NCBI GenBank assembly: GCA_950097015.1
Contig: CATNEN010000002.1
Coordinates: 5,332,001 to 5,396,000 of the forward strand
Origin: Macrostomum hystrix
Taxonomy: Eukaryota; Animalia; Platyhelminthes
Direction of reading: 5' to 3'
DNA length: 64,000 nt
The stretch's first letter is position 1. Every line of letters begins with the position of its first letter. This document shows positions 49,033 through 63,049 of this stretch, one piece after another. A program made the translations under genes and the position numbers. A model generated the notes under the pieces. The model made no database searches. It had not been told where the DNA came from and was given only the letters and a program-made list of their open reading frames with translations.

Positions 49033-52000
49033 GCTACTGAAGTTTTGTCTCTTTGTTCAATATTTATCATGAATTTGTCTGGCATCATCCAGTAGTCATG
49101 CTTATTTTAGCTTTGATTTTACTTGCTGCTTACTATTGAAACATTTATGAAGATGTTGAGCGAAAATGACGCTTTGGTATAAAAACAAACAAAAATAGCT
49201 TGCACGGCTGCAATCCGCCAAAACTTTGAAAATTCCCAAATTCTCACAGAAATCGATATTAACCTAGATTTCCCTGGCTCCAATAACCTAATTTGCTCAA
49301 TCAATCAGTTAACACCAATCGGTCAGTCATTTATATAGACTGATAAGTTCATATTTTTCTTTAGAAGCATGTATTCTCATTTGAAATTCAATATTTTCAA
49401 CGGTCGGCACTGCCGCCACCGTCCATCTTATTTATCTAGTGCTAATTGCCGTGCCGTGCATCATTGTGCAGTTTTATAAAAACGCTAAAATAACTTTATG
49501 TATAACTATTTTTTTATTTTTCCTCAAACCTATTCAGGGTAATTTGAAACTTTAAAAGTTTACTGACTTTTTTATACTGCTGCTGCTGCTGTTGCTTGAT
49601 GTGTGTTTAATTTCATTTGCTTGCTATTTACTCTCTACTTCGAATTCGCTTTGCTCTGATATTCTGTCAGACTAATTAAATCCCTCTCTATCTCTCCCCA
49701 ATTCTCAGGACTATTGTTGTTATCATGTTGCTAAGGAGCTCTGGGTGTCAAAGCAATGGATCTATGGCAGTGCTTCCAGTTTAGGTGAAGCAAAACAAAT
49801 TGTTAAAAAGCGGCTAGTTATACACATATTATGCTAAAATTATGCTTTGTCACTTGCAGCTCCAAGCGCCACATATTTTTGTTTGGTCGATGAGCTCTTT
49901 CACAAGAAGAGTTGAAGAGTTTACCAGAATTGTTCGATTCCGCACGTTAAGTTATTTGCCATTAATAAGTTTCATTGTACCTTGTAGTTCACAAGAGTCA
50001 TATTTTCCTATTATTCATACTAGCTGATTGGCTTTAGGCTCTGCGATGCCAAACAATTACATTTTTACTATTTTATCATGCTGTTATTTTTGTCTCGCCT
50101 TTTTCTTCAATCTATTATTATTTTCGCGCCCCTAAAGATTGTTTTTCTATGCTGCATAAATCATTTCTAGTACTATTTTTTCCTCCTATGTTTGTATCTT
50201 AAGTTTCCAGTAGGCCCAAGTCCAGGATTATTGTTTCAATTTGTGTCTAAGCGAGTCACCCGAGTTTTATAAAGATCTTAGAATAATACGTGTCACACTG
50301 CCTGTCTGCCCCGTTCAGTAGTATGCGGCGCGCTAGTGCCTTCCTTATAAAAACAGCAAGCTATTTGTAGTTGTATTTCTACTTTGATGGAATTATTTTA
50401 TTGTTACTATCAATAATTCTTCAGGACTTTTAATCAGGGATTACGCTTGTGTGTGTTTTTTCTTTTATTCAACATGTAAAACTTGATCTGAATGGCATTC
50501 TGTGCACCTGTCTATTTTTTGTCAGACTGCAGCGGTTGTTTGAAAAACTGCTCGCTGTTTTGTGTTATTGATTTTGTTCAATAATTCATCAGGGCACTCA
50601 TTGAAAATTGTTACATTTCTGCTTTCCTTTCATCTAATCACCCTTTTGATTTCCAATTGCCCATTGCATGGATTTTTTGTTGTGAAATTTTTACTCAGTT
50701 TTGTACACACCATACCACAATGTACGACACCCTCTCCCTATGACATTATTGATGCTCGCAGTCTAAATTATTGTTATTCTTTATTTTTCACAACAACTCG
50801 CTACTGGCAGTAGTGGCGAAAAATTCGCCTATTTTCTCATATATCAGGGACATATTATTTGGTGAGCGACAGCGTCTGAGTTGCTGCAATTAGGAGTGAA
50901 ATGGGAGGGCCTCAGCCCTTAAGTCGGTGTGTTTTTGCTTGCTCAACTCAGTTGTTCGTAATCGCTCCCAACTGTCTGGCTTGAATTTTTCCTTCTATTT
51001 ATTCTCCATCGATTTATTTGAAATCAATCATTTTTTATTGGCTTGCAACTGCTTTTTACGATAGGCCTACATTTGTATTCTCTTAGCGCATCTGTAGATT
51101 CAGGCCTTAGATGTCTATGCCCCATATTCGATCTATCCCCAGTAAGCGCTTTAGTAATTTTTATAGAGGCCAACTACAATTACTGTTCTTTAATTCTCTT
51201 TTTACTCGTGTTTGGCATGCTTCTACCAAAGACTTCGTTCTGTACACAAGGACGCATGTTTTTACGTTTAATTAATATCGGCAGTTGAACTATTTTTAGT
51301 GATTAAGCATGTTTCCTAGAAAGTCTTCTTTAATTATCTCTACCCGATATGTTGCGAAAAAGAACTTTCTTTTTAATTATAAGAAATCAGATATAATTGA
51401 AAATTTATTAACCCTGCCAGTATTTTACTCTCCTTCAATATTATAGCTCGTAATTCTAGTAGACATGTGTCAAATATCAAGCACGCGTAGTAAAATTATT
51501 TTTTAAGCCTTTTGCACAAAACGCATATTTACCAGCAAAATTCAGGGACATCACGCCATATTTTTGCTTCAAATTTTATTTCGAATAAAAGTTGCTTCTT
51601 CAGGCCTGGCCGCTCGCGTCACTCTTGCGTTTTGCCTCTTACTTTTAGAGACAGTTTTTGCTACTTTTTGCTGGAAGCTATTTTTAGACTATTGGTAAGC
51701 TTAAAGCTCGGGTATATTATATACTTTCTGTGTGCTTTTAAAACTATTTCCTATTTCAAAGATGCTGCTTCAATGGTGTTCATATTTTTTTACAACTTCC
51801 CATATGTTCAAATTTCCCTTATTGTCTATAACTTAATTAATTAATTGTGCTGCTGTTGCGGCTTTTTTCTCGCTGATTTTAAAAATGAACCGCACTATGC
51901 CCCATCGGCTCTGCTGTCTCTCATTATTTAATTTCTCCCTATTTGTGCTTCGAATATAATTTCAGCCATCGTTGCTAGCCAAACTAGCAACCAAAATATT

Positions 52001-53384
52001 GCTGTTATTTCCACTGTAGCTAATTTATAATCTTAGTTTTGACTTTGCGGCTTCTTGTAGCCTACTTTCCTTATTTGTTTTTTTTATTTATTCTGCTTTT
52101 TACGCCTGAAAAACTTTGCGTGCGTCGCCTCGTCGCGTTCTCGTTTTTATTCTGGTTTAAAACTTTATGTTCAACATCTCTCTGTCGCATCGCTCTGATT
52201 AATATTTCTCTGCTCTTTTACTAACATCTTTTGACATGAATATAGCAAAAATATATATTTATTTCGATGTGATTCACACGCTTCTCTATTTTCTTGAGAT
52301 ATAAAGCAAATTAATTTTAAAGGCTTTCTGTTTGTCTAATTTTTATTTTTATCACCAAGCTCAGACTAGCACAAGCTCGGAGTTAAAATGAGTTAATTTA
52401 TCTGATATTTTATTACATTATTAATATAAATATAGGCCTATTTAAGAAAGAAAACTTTGCTTATGACTGAACTATCGTAAACCATTTTGCTTTTTTACAT
52501 AGAGGCCTCAAATTTATACAAACAAACATGTACATTAATACGTACGTAACATTTTAGCGTAGAATAACAATTGTTTCCAAAATAGTGCACTCAAACTGTA
52601 AAAAGGTTATTTTTGTAACTTTTTGCACCTGGAAATGTAAAAAAAGTCCATGTGTTCATTCGACTTTACCGGTAAACAATTGAATCGGTTTAATTTCTAA
52701 GGTTTAGAAAGCTTTATTATTACTTAAAACGATGAGAAGTAAATTATGATAAATGAATGAACATCAAGTGACAGTACGTTATATATGATGACTTGTAACT
52801 GCAGGTGTTCAACCGTTTTGCGCGATGTGACATTCGCTTCACTAGATTATAGTTTTTTACCTGTAAAAAAAACAAATAAAAAATTAATTTTATACATTTT
52901 CTGATATACGAGCCTATTAGATTGCATCATAGCTGTATGTGCGCTTTTGGTATATTCTGTTAAATTAGTTAGAGTGCAGCTTTTGAAAAGAGGTGCTTGT
53001 TATGTAGGCCTTAATTTACATTTTCACTCTTCAAAAGGGCTAACTCCCTAAGGCACAGTGAGAGTGTACTTGACTATGAAAAATTTGGGTTCCATGGGAA
53101 ATTACAACCCTGTAAAGTTGCCTCTATATAGTAGCTGGATCTTTGTATGTCTATAAGTGTTTAAAGTATTTTTACACTCAATAGTATAAGAACAGTTGTC
53201 TTTTACTGTCTAGGGTTTTGGTACTCTCATGAGATAAACAAATATTTTGTCAAAAATGTTTTTTAATTATATTCTTTTTGTTATATAGTTGATCAGTTGT
53301 TTTAGTATTTAACATTTTCTGTAGCTTTATTTAGTAAATTAAATTACATTGCCACTGATACTATAGAATTATAGCTCCGAACAG

Positions 53385-53485
53385 CTCCGAAAGCATTGGC
53401 CAGGTATAGGCGGCGCCAGAGAAATTCCTCCAGGTGGCTTTCAAAGAGTCCGGCCGAGGTTCCTCGCCGCCTCGGCTGGACAAGT
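53385..53485 (-). pseudogene. Second Merlin transposase C-terminal relic
   Basis: Minus-strand frame RRRGTSAGLFESHLEEFLWRRLYLANAFG resembles the Merlin GTS...FESYLxEFMWRR motif; no TIRs identified. Confidence 0.62.
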
Positions 53486-54289
53486 AGATACAGGCTGAAA
53501 AAATATGTCCCTCCCTTATATACTAAAAGCTCACTCAGCCAAGTCAGCTTCATTCTATGGCACTTGCCACGTCATATTAAACATCTCTGTGGACGTGCGA
53601 ATTCAAATCCATTTGAAAAATAATATTGCGAAGGAAACCTCAAGTCCTCAACATTGCCAAATTATATATTTCATTATTTTTTTATTCTTAATATTTGCTT
53701 ATTATAATGAAAATTATTAATTAACAATACAAATAAATGTAAGAATCTATTTATAAAACATTTAAATTTAACTTTTTTGTTAAAAGTACATTAAAATATA
53801 TAATAATGTTATTTATGCTTTTGGCTGCACTTTAGGTGAAAAATATTTTTTATGAAGTGGAAGTTGTTGCTCTTTGGGAGCTTGCAATGTATATGTATAG
53901 ATCCTTGTTGCATTTTGGGTAGGCCTAATGGATCACAAAGTTTAACAATTTTTCTTAAAAAAGATAAGTTTTATTCACATTTTTATAAATTTCTTGTTCA
54001 CTGCTATCAACTTCTTTGTTCAATTTATTATACCTGCAACTACTACAAAGTTTTAAATTACAAACTACTCTTTAAACTAAGTTTTCTTTTCATAGACAAC
54101 TTTTTTTAATTTCCAGTAATATAATCCAAAAAATAACAAAATTTTTGTTTAAATGACCTTTCACTAAACTGGAACTGTACAGCTAGTCATGCAGTTGGCT
54201 TGGACTAGTCCTGCTATCACTGCTACTATTTTTATATTGTCAGTTTGGTCTCACTGTGAAGCAACAGTTTTGTGCATGCGGCTGGTGTG

Positions 54290-57200
54290 ATGCAGGCATC
54301 TGTGAAGCGGCGATCACAAACATTCACTGCTAGCTCCACAGCACGGCCCAGACTGCGAAATACTTTGCTGGGATTATTCAGCATGGGTCCTGGACTTCCC
54401 AGTGTGGATGAGAACCTGTTCTACATGCGCAAAGTGAGTCGTTTGTTGCTTCTACTCTTTTTAGCTTTCTCTGCAAAAGCAGTACCTGTTTATAATAGCT
54501 TTTAATAGCTTGCAAGTTGCAAGAGGTTGTAGCCTTGTGTTTAGAGCGTTGGACTCACGACTTGAAGGTCAGGGGTTCGATTCCCGACTCCATTGGAGCA
54601 ATTTGTGTCCCTTGTTTAATTTTATTTAAGACACTTAAGACACTCTACTTTGGTTCAGTTCATCCAGCTGTTAAATGGGTACTAGCATTAGCTGGTGTGA
54701 GCATCTCTAGATAATTGTTTAGGTGGGCGTGGCGACCATCCAGTCCATGGACTGAACAGCTGTACCCAGCCTTCAGATGCGCTGCGCAATAGCTGCGGCT
54801 GTGCTGTCGGCTGCACATCTGGCCCAATTGGCACAGGTGTAATCACATTTTTTGCAAGTTGCAAAAGTAAATTTTATGTGCACAATTTATCTTACTCTAT
54901 AATTTAATTTGGTCCTTCTCCTTCTTGGATCATTGCTCCATGATTGTTTGGTCCTTAATCCCTTCTTTAAATCACTGGGAGGTCATTGTCCCCTTCTTTC
55001 TATCTCTGAAATGTCATTGCCCTCTTTCTTTCTATCTATGGTTAAGTCATTACCCCCTTCATTCATTACCCCGGTCCCATTTTCCAAATGAGGTTCTTAC
55101 CTTAGTCATTAGCATTTCATTTTACTCCAAGATGTAAATAAAAGTTCATTAGTTGCTTGCATTTCAACTGAAAATAAGAAACCCGGTTAATCTGATGGAT
55201 GTAAAATAAATGATTTTTTTAAATCGAATAATTCACAGGGCTGTGTGTCCTTCGTTGACCACGTCTACACTGACTGACCTTCAATTGTTGATTCTGTGCT
55301 GAATCATTTTTTTGAAGCACTGAGTCATGCTTTACTATTTCTGTGCAGTGATTCAGTGTACTGCTTAGACATTCACTGTGTTTTAAAAGCTTTTTTTATT
55401 TAGGGTTTAACTCTTCGAATCGTGTGTATTTATCGCCAGCTAGATTGACGACCCGACACTAAGTTTATCAAACACCGAGTTGTTTAGGCGCTTATGAAAA
55501 GCCAAAAGTGCATTTATTTTATCTTTCCTTATCCGAGATATTTCGCGTGGAACAATGGTGGCCCTGTAATGTCTAAGGCAAAGGTGCCAATGATTATAAA
55601 CTCAGAAATATTATCTGCATATTTAATAACTTTTTTAGAGATATGGGTGTTCTAGCTGTCTCCGTAAATTTAAATTTCATTAAAAATAGCACTTAGCTAC
55701 TATTGGCCTTAACTAAGTAGCTACCTAGCATTTTATCTATAAATTTGATTGACAGAGAAAAGACAAGGTTGCTTTTATTAGAATCAATTCAATTCAATTC
55801 GATTGGTCCGCTAAAAATAGTTAGTGTTTATTTACCAGTTTTAATTTAGATTGTCAATATTTACAAGCTTTTTATATTAACAATAAACCGGGGATATTTG
55901 AGTATGCTTTTAGTTTTATATGCTTTCCAGTCCCGGTAGCCTAAATTTTCACTTATAAAACATTTGAGCTGACTTGCTGTGTCTGCGCTGGCTGTTTAGA
56001 AATTCGAGTCACCTTTATAATCTCACTCAGTAGTAAGAGGACATGTTTGCATAATTTCTAACGAGTAATAACTTTAATCAATTGTTCGCGTTTTATCTAA
56101 CGTAAATTACGATTCCGATATGTAAAGAAAAATGTATAATTTTATAGATTTCTTAAAATTTCAAATTTCACAAGCTCCTAGGGAAGTTAATGATTTCACC
56201 GATCCTACTGAGCTTAAGTCATTTTTCGGCTACTCAATCGTCTCTGATTGAATTTTCAGGGGACTAACGGCTTTGAAGAGCTGAAGCGCTACATTAAGCA
56301 GGGCAATGACCTCTGCAAGGACCTAGCCGCTGTGCTCAACGAGCGCTGCGAGCTTGAGCAAAGCTACGCTCGCAGTTTAAGCAAGATCAGTCAGAAGATG
56401 AGCAAAGTGGCGGCCACCTGCACCGGGTGTGTATTGACTACTCAAAGCCTTACCTGAACCGAAGATTGCACCTGAATTTTATATGACCATCTAAAGTTGT
56501 TGTCGCTTAACAGAATTTTAACTTTTACCGCGGCTTGAGCAGTCTCAATTATTTTTGCTGCAAAAAACAGTTTTTTTGACTCGTCGAATTGGTCAGAGAA
56601 ATCCACTTCTGAACAAATCTGCCCGCCCGCCTGTCACCTCAGAACTGTCGCCAACTCCTGGGGCGCCGTGGCCGACGCCATGAAGCGCGAGTCCGAGGTG
56701 CGCCAAGACTTCGCCAACAACCTGGCTGAGGAGGTGGCCAAGCCGATGAAGAATCTGAGCGAATCGTTTCACAAATCGCGCAAACCGGTTGGTTCGCTTC
56801 TGCTTCTGTTGCTAGGGGGAATTTTTCTCGTTTAAACACATCTAATCTAATTAGATGACGAGGCATTTGGCTTTACAAATTTGCGTATAGTTACTCACGC
56901 TGTTAACCCGTATGTTGAACAATAATTTTCTCCCCTCCATCCCCAGATCGAAGCGCAGGTTGACAAGGCCAGCCGAGTCCTGTTGGAGAAGCGCTCAGAG
57001 GAAGCGGCCGCCAAGAAGAAGGCCTATGCCGCCGCCAAGGAGACAGAGAAGGCCTGGGACGCCCTATCCGACGCGCGCATCGGCAGCGTAGGCGGCAGCA
57101 TCGGCGCCGGCGTTAAAGGGGCCGGCGGAGGCAGCACTAGCAGCGCCGACTCCAAGGCTGAGAAGGACGCTTATAAGGTGCGCATTCTGTGTGGCTCCAT

Positions 57201-60200
57201 AGCTATGCGTTGCTAGTGTAAATTCCGTTACTTTGCTTTATATAAAAGGCGTTAATGTTCCTTTTTAGTCCGCTACTTTACGAGTCTTTCGTTCTAAATC
57301 CTTTACTGAACATTAGATTACATTCCCCTTGCCTTCATTCGTACTTTTTTAAGTCCGATAACTTGTGTTGGTTTTTAGGTCCGTTACTTTGCGTTGGTTT
57401 TAAGTCCGTTACTTTGCGTAGGTTTATGGGACGTTGCTTTACGTCAGTTTCAAGTCCGTTAATTAGCACAATATCTTAGTACGTTATTTTGTGTCGGTTT
57501 TAAGACCGTTACTTTGCATTGGTCCTAAGTCCGTTACTTTACCTTAGTTCTTAACCGGTACTCTGCTTGATTTAAATCGCTGTATTGAAGCTACAGTGTT
57601 TCATATTATCTTTCTATAGACTTCAGGCTTGCAAACCAGATGAAAATAATTCTTGACTAAAAAATCTCTTGGCTCACAATCAGCAGGTGGATCTGCTGTG
57701 GGATGAGTTGAACTCAAACTGTTACAGCTACTCTTTTGGTCGAAGTAAATTCGAACAGAAAGTAAGAATTTGTTTCGCTTTAAGTAGCATAGTAGAAGGG
57801 CATGGTATTTCTATTCAAATAGTCATTCACGCAGGCCATCATTCACTAGCTTCATTTTCTTTTAGTTTCGGCCGACAAAGATTAGATTTTAAAGTGGGTT
57901 GGCTTGCTAAATACGTTGGTGCAAGGCACACTGCACCATCACTCGAATTCGTACTTTCCGTCTTTTAAGGTCGACTCTTGCAAGTCTTAACCACTCTTGC
58001 CCAGCCCTACCCATCAATGTACACTCTTTCTTGCCCAGCCCTACCCATCAATGTACACTCTTTCTTGCCCAGCCCTACCCATCAATGTACACTCTTTCTT
58101 TCCCAGCCCTACCCATCAATGTACACTCTTTCTTGCCCAGCCCTACCCATCAATGTACACTTTTTCTTGCCCAGCCCTACCCATCAATGTACACTCTTTC
58201 TTGCCCAGCCCTACCCATCAATGTACACTCTTTCTTGCCCAGCCCTACCCATCAATGTACACTCTTTCTTTCCCAGCCCTACCCATCAATGTACACTCTT
58301 TCTTTCCCAGCCCTACCCATCAATGTACACTCTTTCTTTCCCAGCCCTACCCATCAATGTACACTCTTTCTTGCCCAGCCCTACCCATCAATGTACACTC
58401 TTTCTTGCCCAGCCCTACCCATCAATGTGCATTCTTTCTTGCCCAGCCCTACCCATCAATGTACACTTTTTCTTGCCCAGCCCTACCCATCAATGCACAC
58501 TCTTTCTTTCCCAGCCCTACCCATCAATGCACACTCTTTCTTGCGCCGCCCTACCCATCAATGTACACTCTTTCTTTCCCAGCCCTACCCATCAATGTAC
58601 ACTCTTTCTTTCCCAGCCCTACCCATCAATGTACACTCTTTCTTGCCCAGCCCTACCCATCAATGTACACTCTTTCTTTCCCAGCCCTACCCATCAATGT
58701 ACACTCTTTCTTTCCCAGCCCTACCCATCAATGTACACTCTTTCTTGCCCAGCCCTACCCATCAATGTACACTCTTTCTTTCCCAGCCCTACCCATCAAT
58801 GTACACTCTTTCTTGCCCAGCTCTACCCATCAATGTACACTCTTTCTTGCCCAGCCCTACCCATCAATGTACACTCTTTTCCGCCAATCCCACCCTTCAA
58901 TGTACTCCCTTTCCCACTAACCCCACCCTTTCATGTTCACTCTTTGCCGGCCTGACCTCACTTTTAATTTTTATTTATTTGCACATTTCTAGACACTGAA
59001 AACTGTTATTATTCCTGATAGTTCATCTATTTATTTTTTCTGTTTGCACTTGAAACCGGTCAAACAATTTTTCCTCCGTCTTCTTCAACACCGTCAGCAA
59101 GAGAAGAAGTGCCGGAGCTCGCAGAACAGCCAGTTGAAATACGACCGCGAGTATTACGACGCCTGTTTCCGGGCGGAGCAGTCCCGCCTCGACTGGGAGG
59201 CCACCGTTGTCAAGGTAAACAAATGGTTGCTAGGGTGTGAAATATAAGGCCTAAATCAATGTAGCTGATTGTCTCGTAAAGTATTTAGAGGGTGGTTAAT
59301 TCAGTACCACAAGGCACTGTAATAGTGTACACTGCCTGACGATGAGAAAGTAGCCAGAATGTGAATCTGGTGTGAAACGACTGCAACATAAACTGCGAAC
59401 CAAACTGTTCCCGCTTGTCGTGTAGAAACTGTGCCAAATGCGTTAGCATGCAAAATTAGTTTCACGTCAGATTGATACACTGCGCATACAAGGTCCCGAC
59501 TGCTTACAGTTCAGAGTTATTGCTGTTGCTGCTACATAATTGTTACTTTAGTTCGCGTTGCATAGAGCCAATTCTAGAAAATTTGCATCACATACGCATT
59601 TTGCTCATCCTTTTAAATTAGTCCACCATTTTTGTAGTTAAATATCCCATTCAGGCTGCAGTTCAAGATCCCATTCAGGTTGTAGTTAAATATCCCATTC
59701 AGGTTGTAGTTAATGATCCCATTCAGGTTGTAGTTAATGATCCCATTCAGGTTGTAGTTAATGATCCCATTCAGGTTGTAGTTAATGATCCCATTCAGGT
59801 TGTAGTTAATGATCCCATTCAGGTTGTAGTTAATGATCCCATTCAGGTTGTAGTTAATGATCCCATTCAGGTTGTAGTTAAATATCCCATTCAGGTTGTA
59901 GTTAAATATCCCATTCAGGTTGTAGTTAAATATCCCATTCAGGTTGTAGTTAAATATCCCATTCAGGTTGTAGTTAAATATCCTTTACAGGTTGTAGTTA
60001 AATATCCCATTCAGGTTGTATTTAAATATCCCATTCAGGTTATATCCCAATTAGTTAATAGTTATAGATCCTATTCATGTACCACTCAATAATCCCCTTC
60101 AGGAACCACTTTTAAAATACCCTTTAGGTGCCAGACCGAGTTAGAAATCCCCTTCAGGTACCGTTGAAAATCCCCTTCAGGTACCGTTGAAAATCCCCTT

Positions 60201-63010
60201 CATGTACCGTTGGAAATCCCTTTCAGGTACCGTTGGAAATCCCCTTCAGGTACCGTTGGAAATCCCCTTCAGGTACCGTTGGAAATCCCCTTCAGGTACC
60301 ATTGGAAATCCCCTTCAGTTACCGTTGGAAATCCTTTTCAGGTACCCATCAAAAATCCGTTTGCCAACCTCACATTATGTTCCCATTGGGCATCCATTTT
60401 CAAAACGTATATCCACTAGGCACTGCCTGAACTCGAATCCCCATCCGCCAGGGCTCGGAGCAGCTGCAGGTACTGGAGTCTGACCGGCTGCGGCAGTCGC
60501 ACGAGATGCAGAAGAAGCTGCAGCACCAGCTGGGCCTTTTGGCACCGGCATTTGCTCAGCTGACTGAGCGACTGAGTCAGAGCCTGGCTCAGGTGGACAT
60601 CAGCGCTGACATCGGCATGGTGGTGGAACAGAGGGGCGCCCTGCTGCAGACCAGCGAACAAGTAAATGGGACTAGTGAAGCCTTTGAAATAAACAATTGG
60701 GAACGCTATGGAATAAACACCACGAGCCCTTGTAAACCCTATAAACCCTTGTAAACCCTTGTAAACCCAATAAACCCTCGTAAACCCTTGTAAACCCAAT
60801 AAACCCTCGTAAACCCAATAAGCCCTTGTAAACCCAATAAACCCTTGTAAACCCTTGTAAACCCAATAAACCCTTGTAAACCCAATGAGCCCTTGTAAAC
60901 CCTTTATGGGCTGCGTAAACCCTTTGAAATAAACACTGGGGAACCCTATGGAATAAAGAAACCCAAAGAACCTTGTAAACCCAGTACACCCTTACACTCT
61001 TCGTCTCCAGGTGCTATTCGAAAGCTACGCCGAAGACCTTAACAATCCTATGGACCGGGGACGTCGTGAGTTCGCTCTCCGCTCCTACGCCACCTTTGTC
61101 TATGCCGACCTGGAGCGCGAGCTCAAAGGCAAGGAGGGCGTTGAGAAACTGCTCAAAGTGTACTCAGGCGGCGGCGGAAATTTTTCAGACGCCGCCAGCC
61201 AGAAGGAGGCATCGGAGAAGCTCGCCAACATCCTGGCTGTGGTGCAGTTCCTTGAAGCCAATCAGTACAAACTGGACCTGGCCCTGCACGCGCTCACTGG
61301 TGGCAACAAGCCGGCCTTCAGGTTGGCCAGCTGTCTGGAGAGAAGCAAGGACAGACAGGTGCGACAAACCACTCTTTTCCCCTCTTTTTCTTTCCCATTC
61401 CCCTTTTTCCCTTCTTTTCCCATCTCTTCCCCTTCTCTTCCCCTTTTCTTCCCCTTCTCTTCCCCTTTTCTTCCCCTTCTCTTCCCCTTTTCTTCCCCTT
61501 CTCTTCCCCTTTTCTTCCCCTTCTCTTCCCCTTTTCTTCCCCTTCTCTTCCCCTTTTCTTCCCCTTCTCTTCCCCTTTTCTTCTTCTACTTCTCTTTCCG
61601 TTTTCTTCCCTTTCTCACCCCCTTTTCCCCTTTTTTCCCATCTCTTCCCCTTCTCTTCCCCTTATTTTCAACTTTTCTTCCTCTTATTATTCCTTCTTTC
61701 TACCTTTGTTCCCTCTCTTCGTCTTCTTTTTTCCTGCTGTCGCTTTATTTACCTCTTTCTTTCCGTTTCCCTTCCCCATATTTTCTTATCTCCCTCTCCC
61801 TCGCCACTCTGCCTCATCTCCTCCTTCGTCATCCGATTCACCCAGGGCATGCCCCAGACGGTGCTGCGTCTAGCACCGCCGGCCCTGCGTCGAGCCCAGT
61901 CCATGGCCTCCGGCGGCGGCAGCCATTCCACGCTGCCCAGTTCGCCCTCGCCGGCAGCTGCTGGCGCCGGGGCCAGCCGACGTCCGCCTTTGAACCGCGG
62001 CGCCACCATCGCCACGACTGGCGCCGGCCAATCGGCGTTCGCCGCCGCGGCAGCTGCCCGGCCTCTGTCGTTCGCCGACGAGGAGGAGGAGTCGGTGTTC
62101 GGCGAGGCCACCTACGCCAGGATCGACGCTCTGACGGACAGCGAAGGCGCCTCCGTGACGGCCAGCGTCCACAGGAAGACTCAAATGGTGGGGGGTTGTG
62201 GGAGATGCGAGATTGATATGGTATAAGAGATTGATATAGTATAAGAGATTGATATGGTAGTAGAGATTGATATGGTAGTAGAGATTGATATGGTATAAAA
62301 GATTGATATAGTATAAGAGATTGATATGGTAGTAGAGATTGATATGGTATAAGAGATTGATATGGTATAAAAGATTGATATAGTATAAGAGATTGATATG
62401 GTAGTAGAGATTGATATGGTATAAGAGGTTGATATGGTATAAGAGATTTATATGGTATAAGAGATTGATATGGTATAAGAGATTGATACGGTATAAGAGA
62501 TTGATATGGTATTAGAGATTGATATGGTATAAGAGATTGATATAGTATAAGAGATTGATATGGTATTAGAGATTGATATAGTATAAGAGATTGATATGGT
62601 ATAAGAGATTGATATAGTATAAGAGATTGATATGGTATAAGAGATTGATATAGTATAAGAGATTGATATGGTATAAGAGAATGATATAGTATAAGAGATT
62701 CATATGGTATAAGAGATTGATATAGTATAAGAGATTCATATGGTATAAGAGATTGATATAGTATAAGAGATTGATATGGTATTAGAGATTGATATCATAT
62801 AGGAGATTGATATCATATAGGAGATTGATATCATATAGGAGATTGATATCATATAGGAGATTGATATCATATAGGAGATTGATATCATATAGGAGATTGA
62901 TATCATATAGGAGATTGATATCATATAGGAGATTGATATCATATAGGAGATTGATATTTTATAGGCGATTGATGCTTTTCGTTTCAGGCTCCACCAACTC
63001 CTACACAAGC

Positions 63011-63049
<39 letters not shown>

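Noticed and set aside
50300-52300. AT-rich stretch with stop-riddled, Lys-rich minus-strand frames suggesting a decayed transposase
   Set aside because: No diagnostic motif or termini could be identified.
57978-58999. Three ~310-325-aa ORFs
   Set aside because: All three frames of the 34/35-bp intronic array.
60725-60985. Interstitial telomeric repeat
   Set aside because: AAACCCTTGT/AAACCCAAT does not match TTAGGG or TTTAGGG periodicity.
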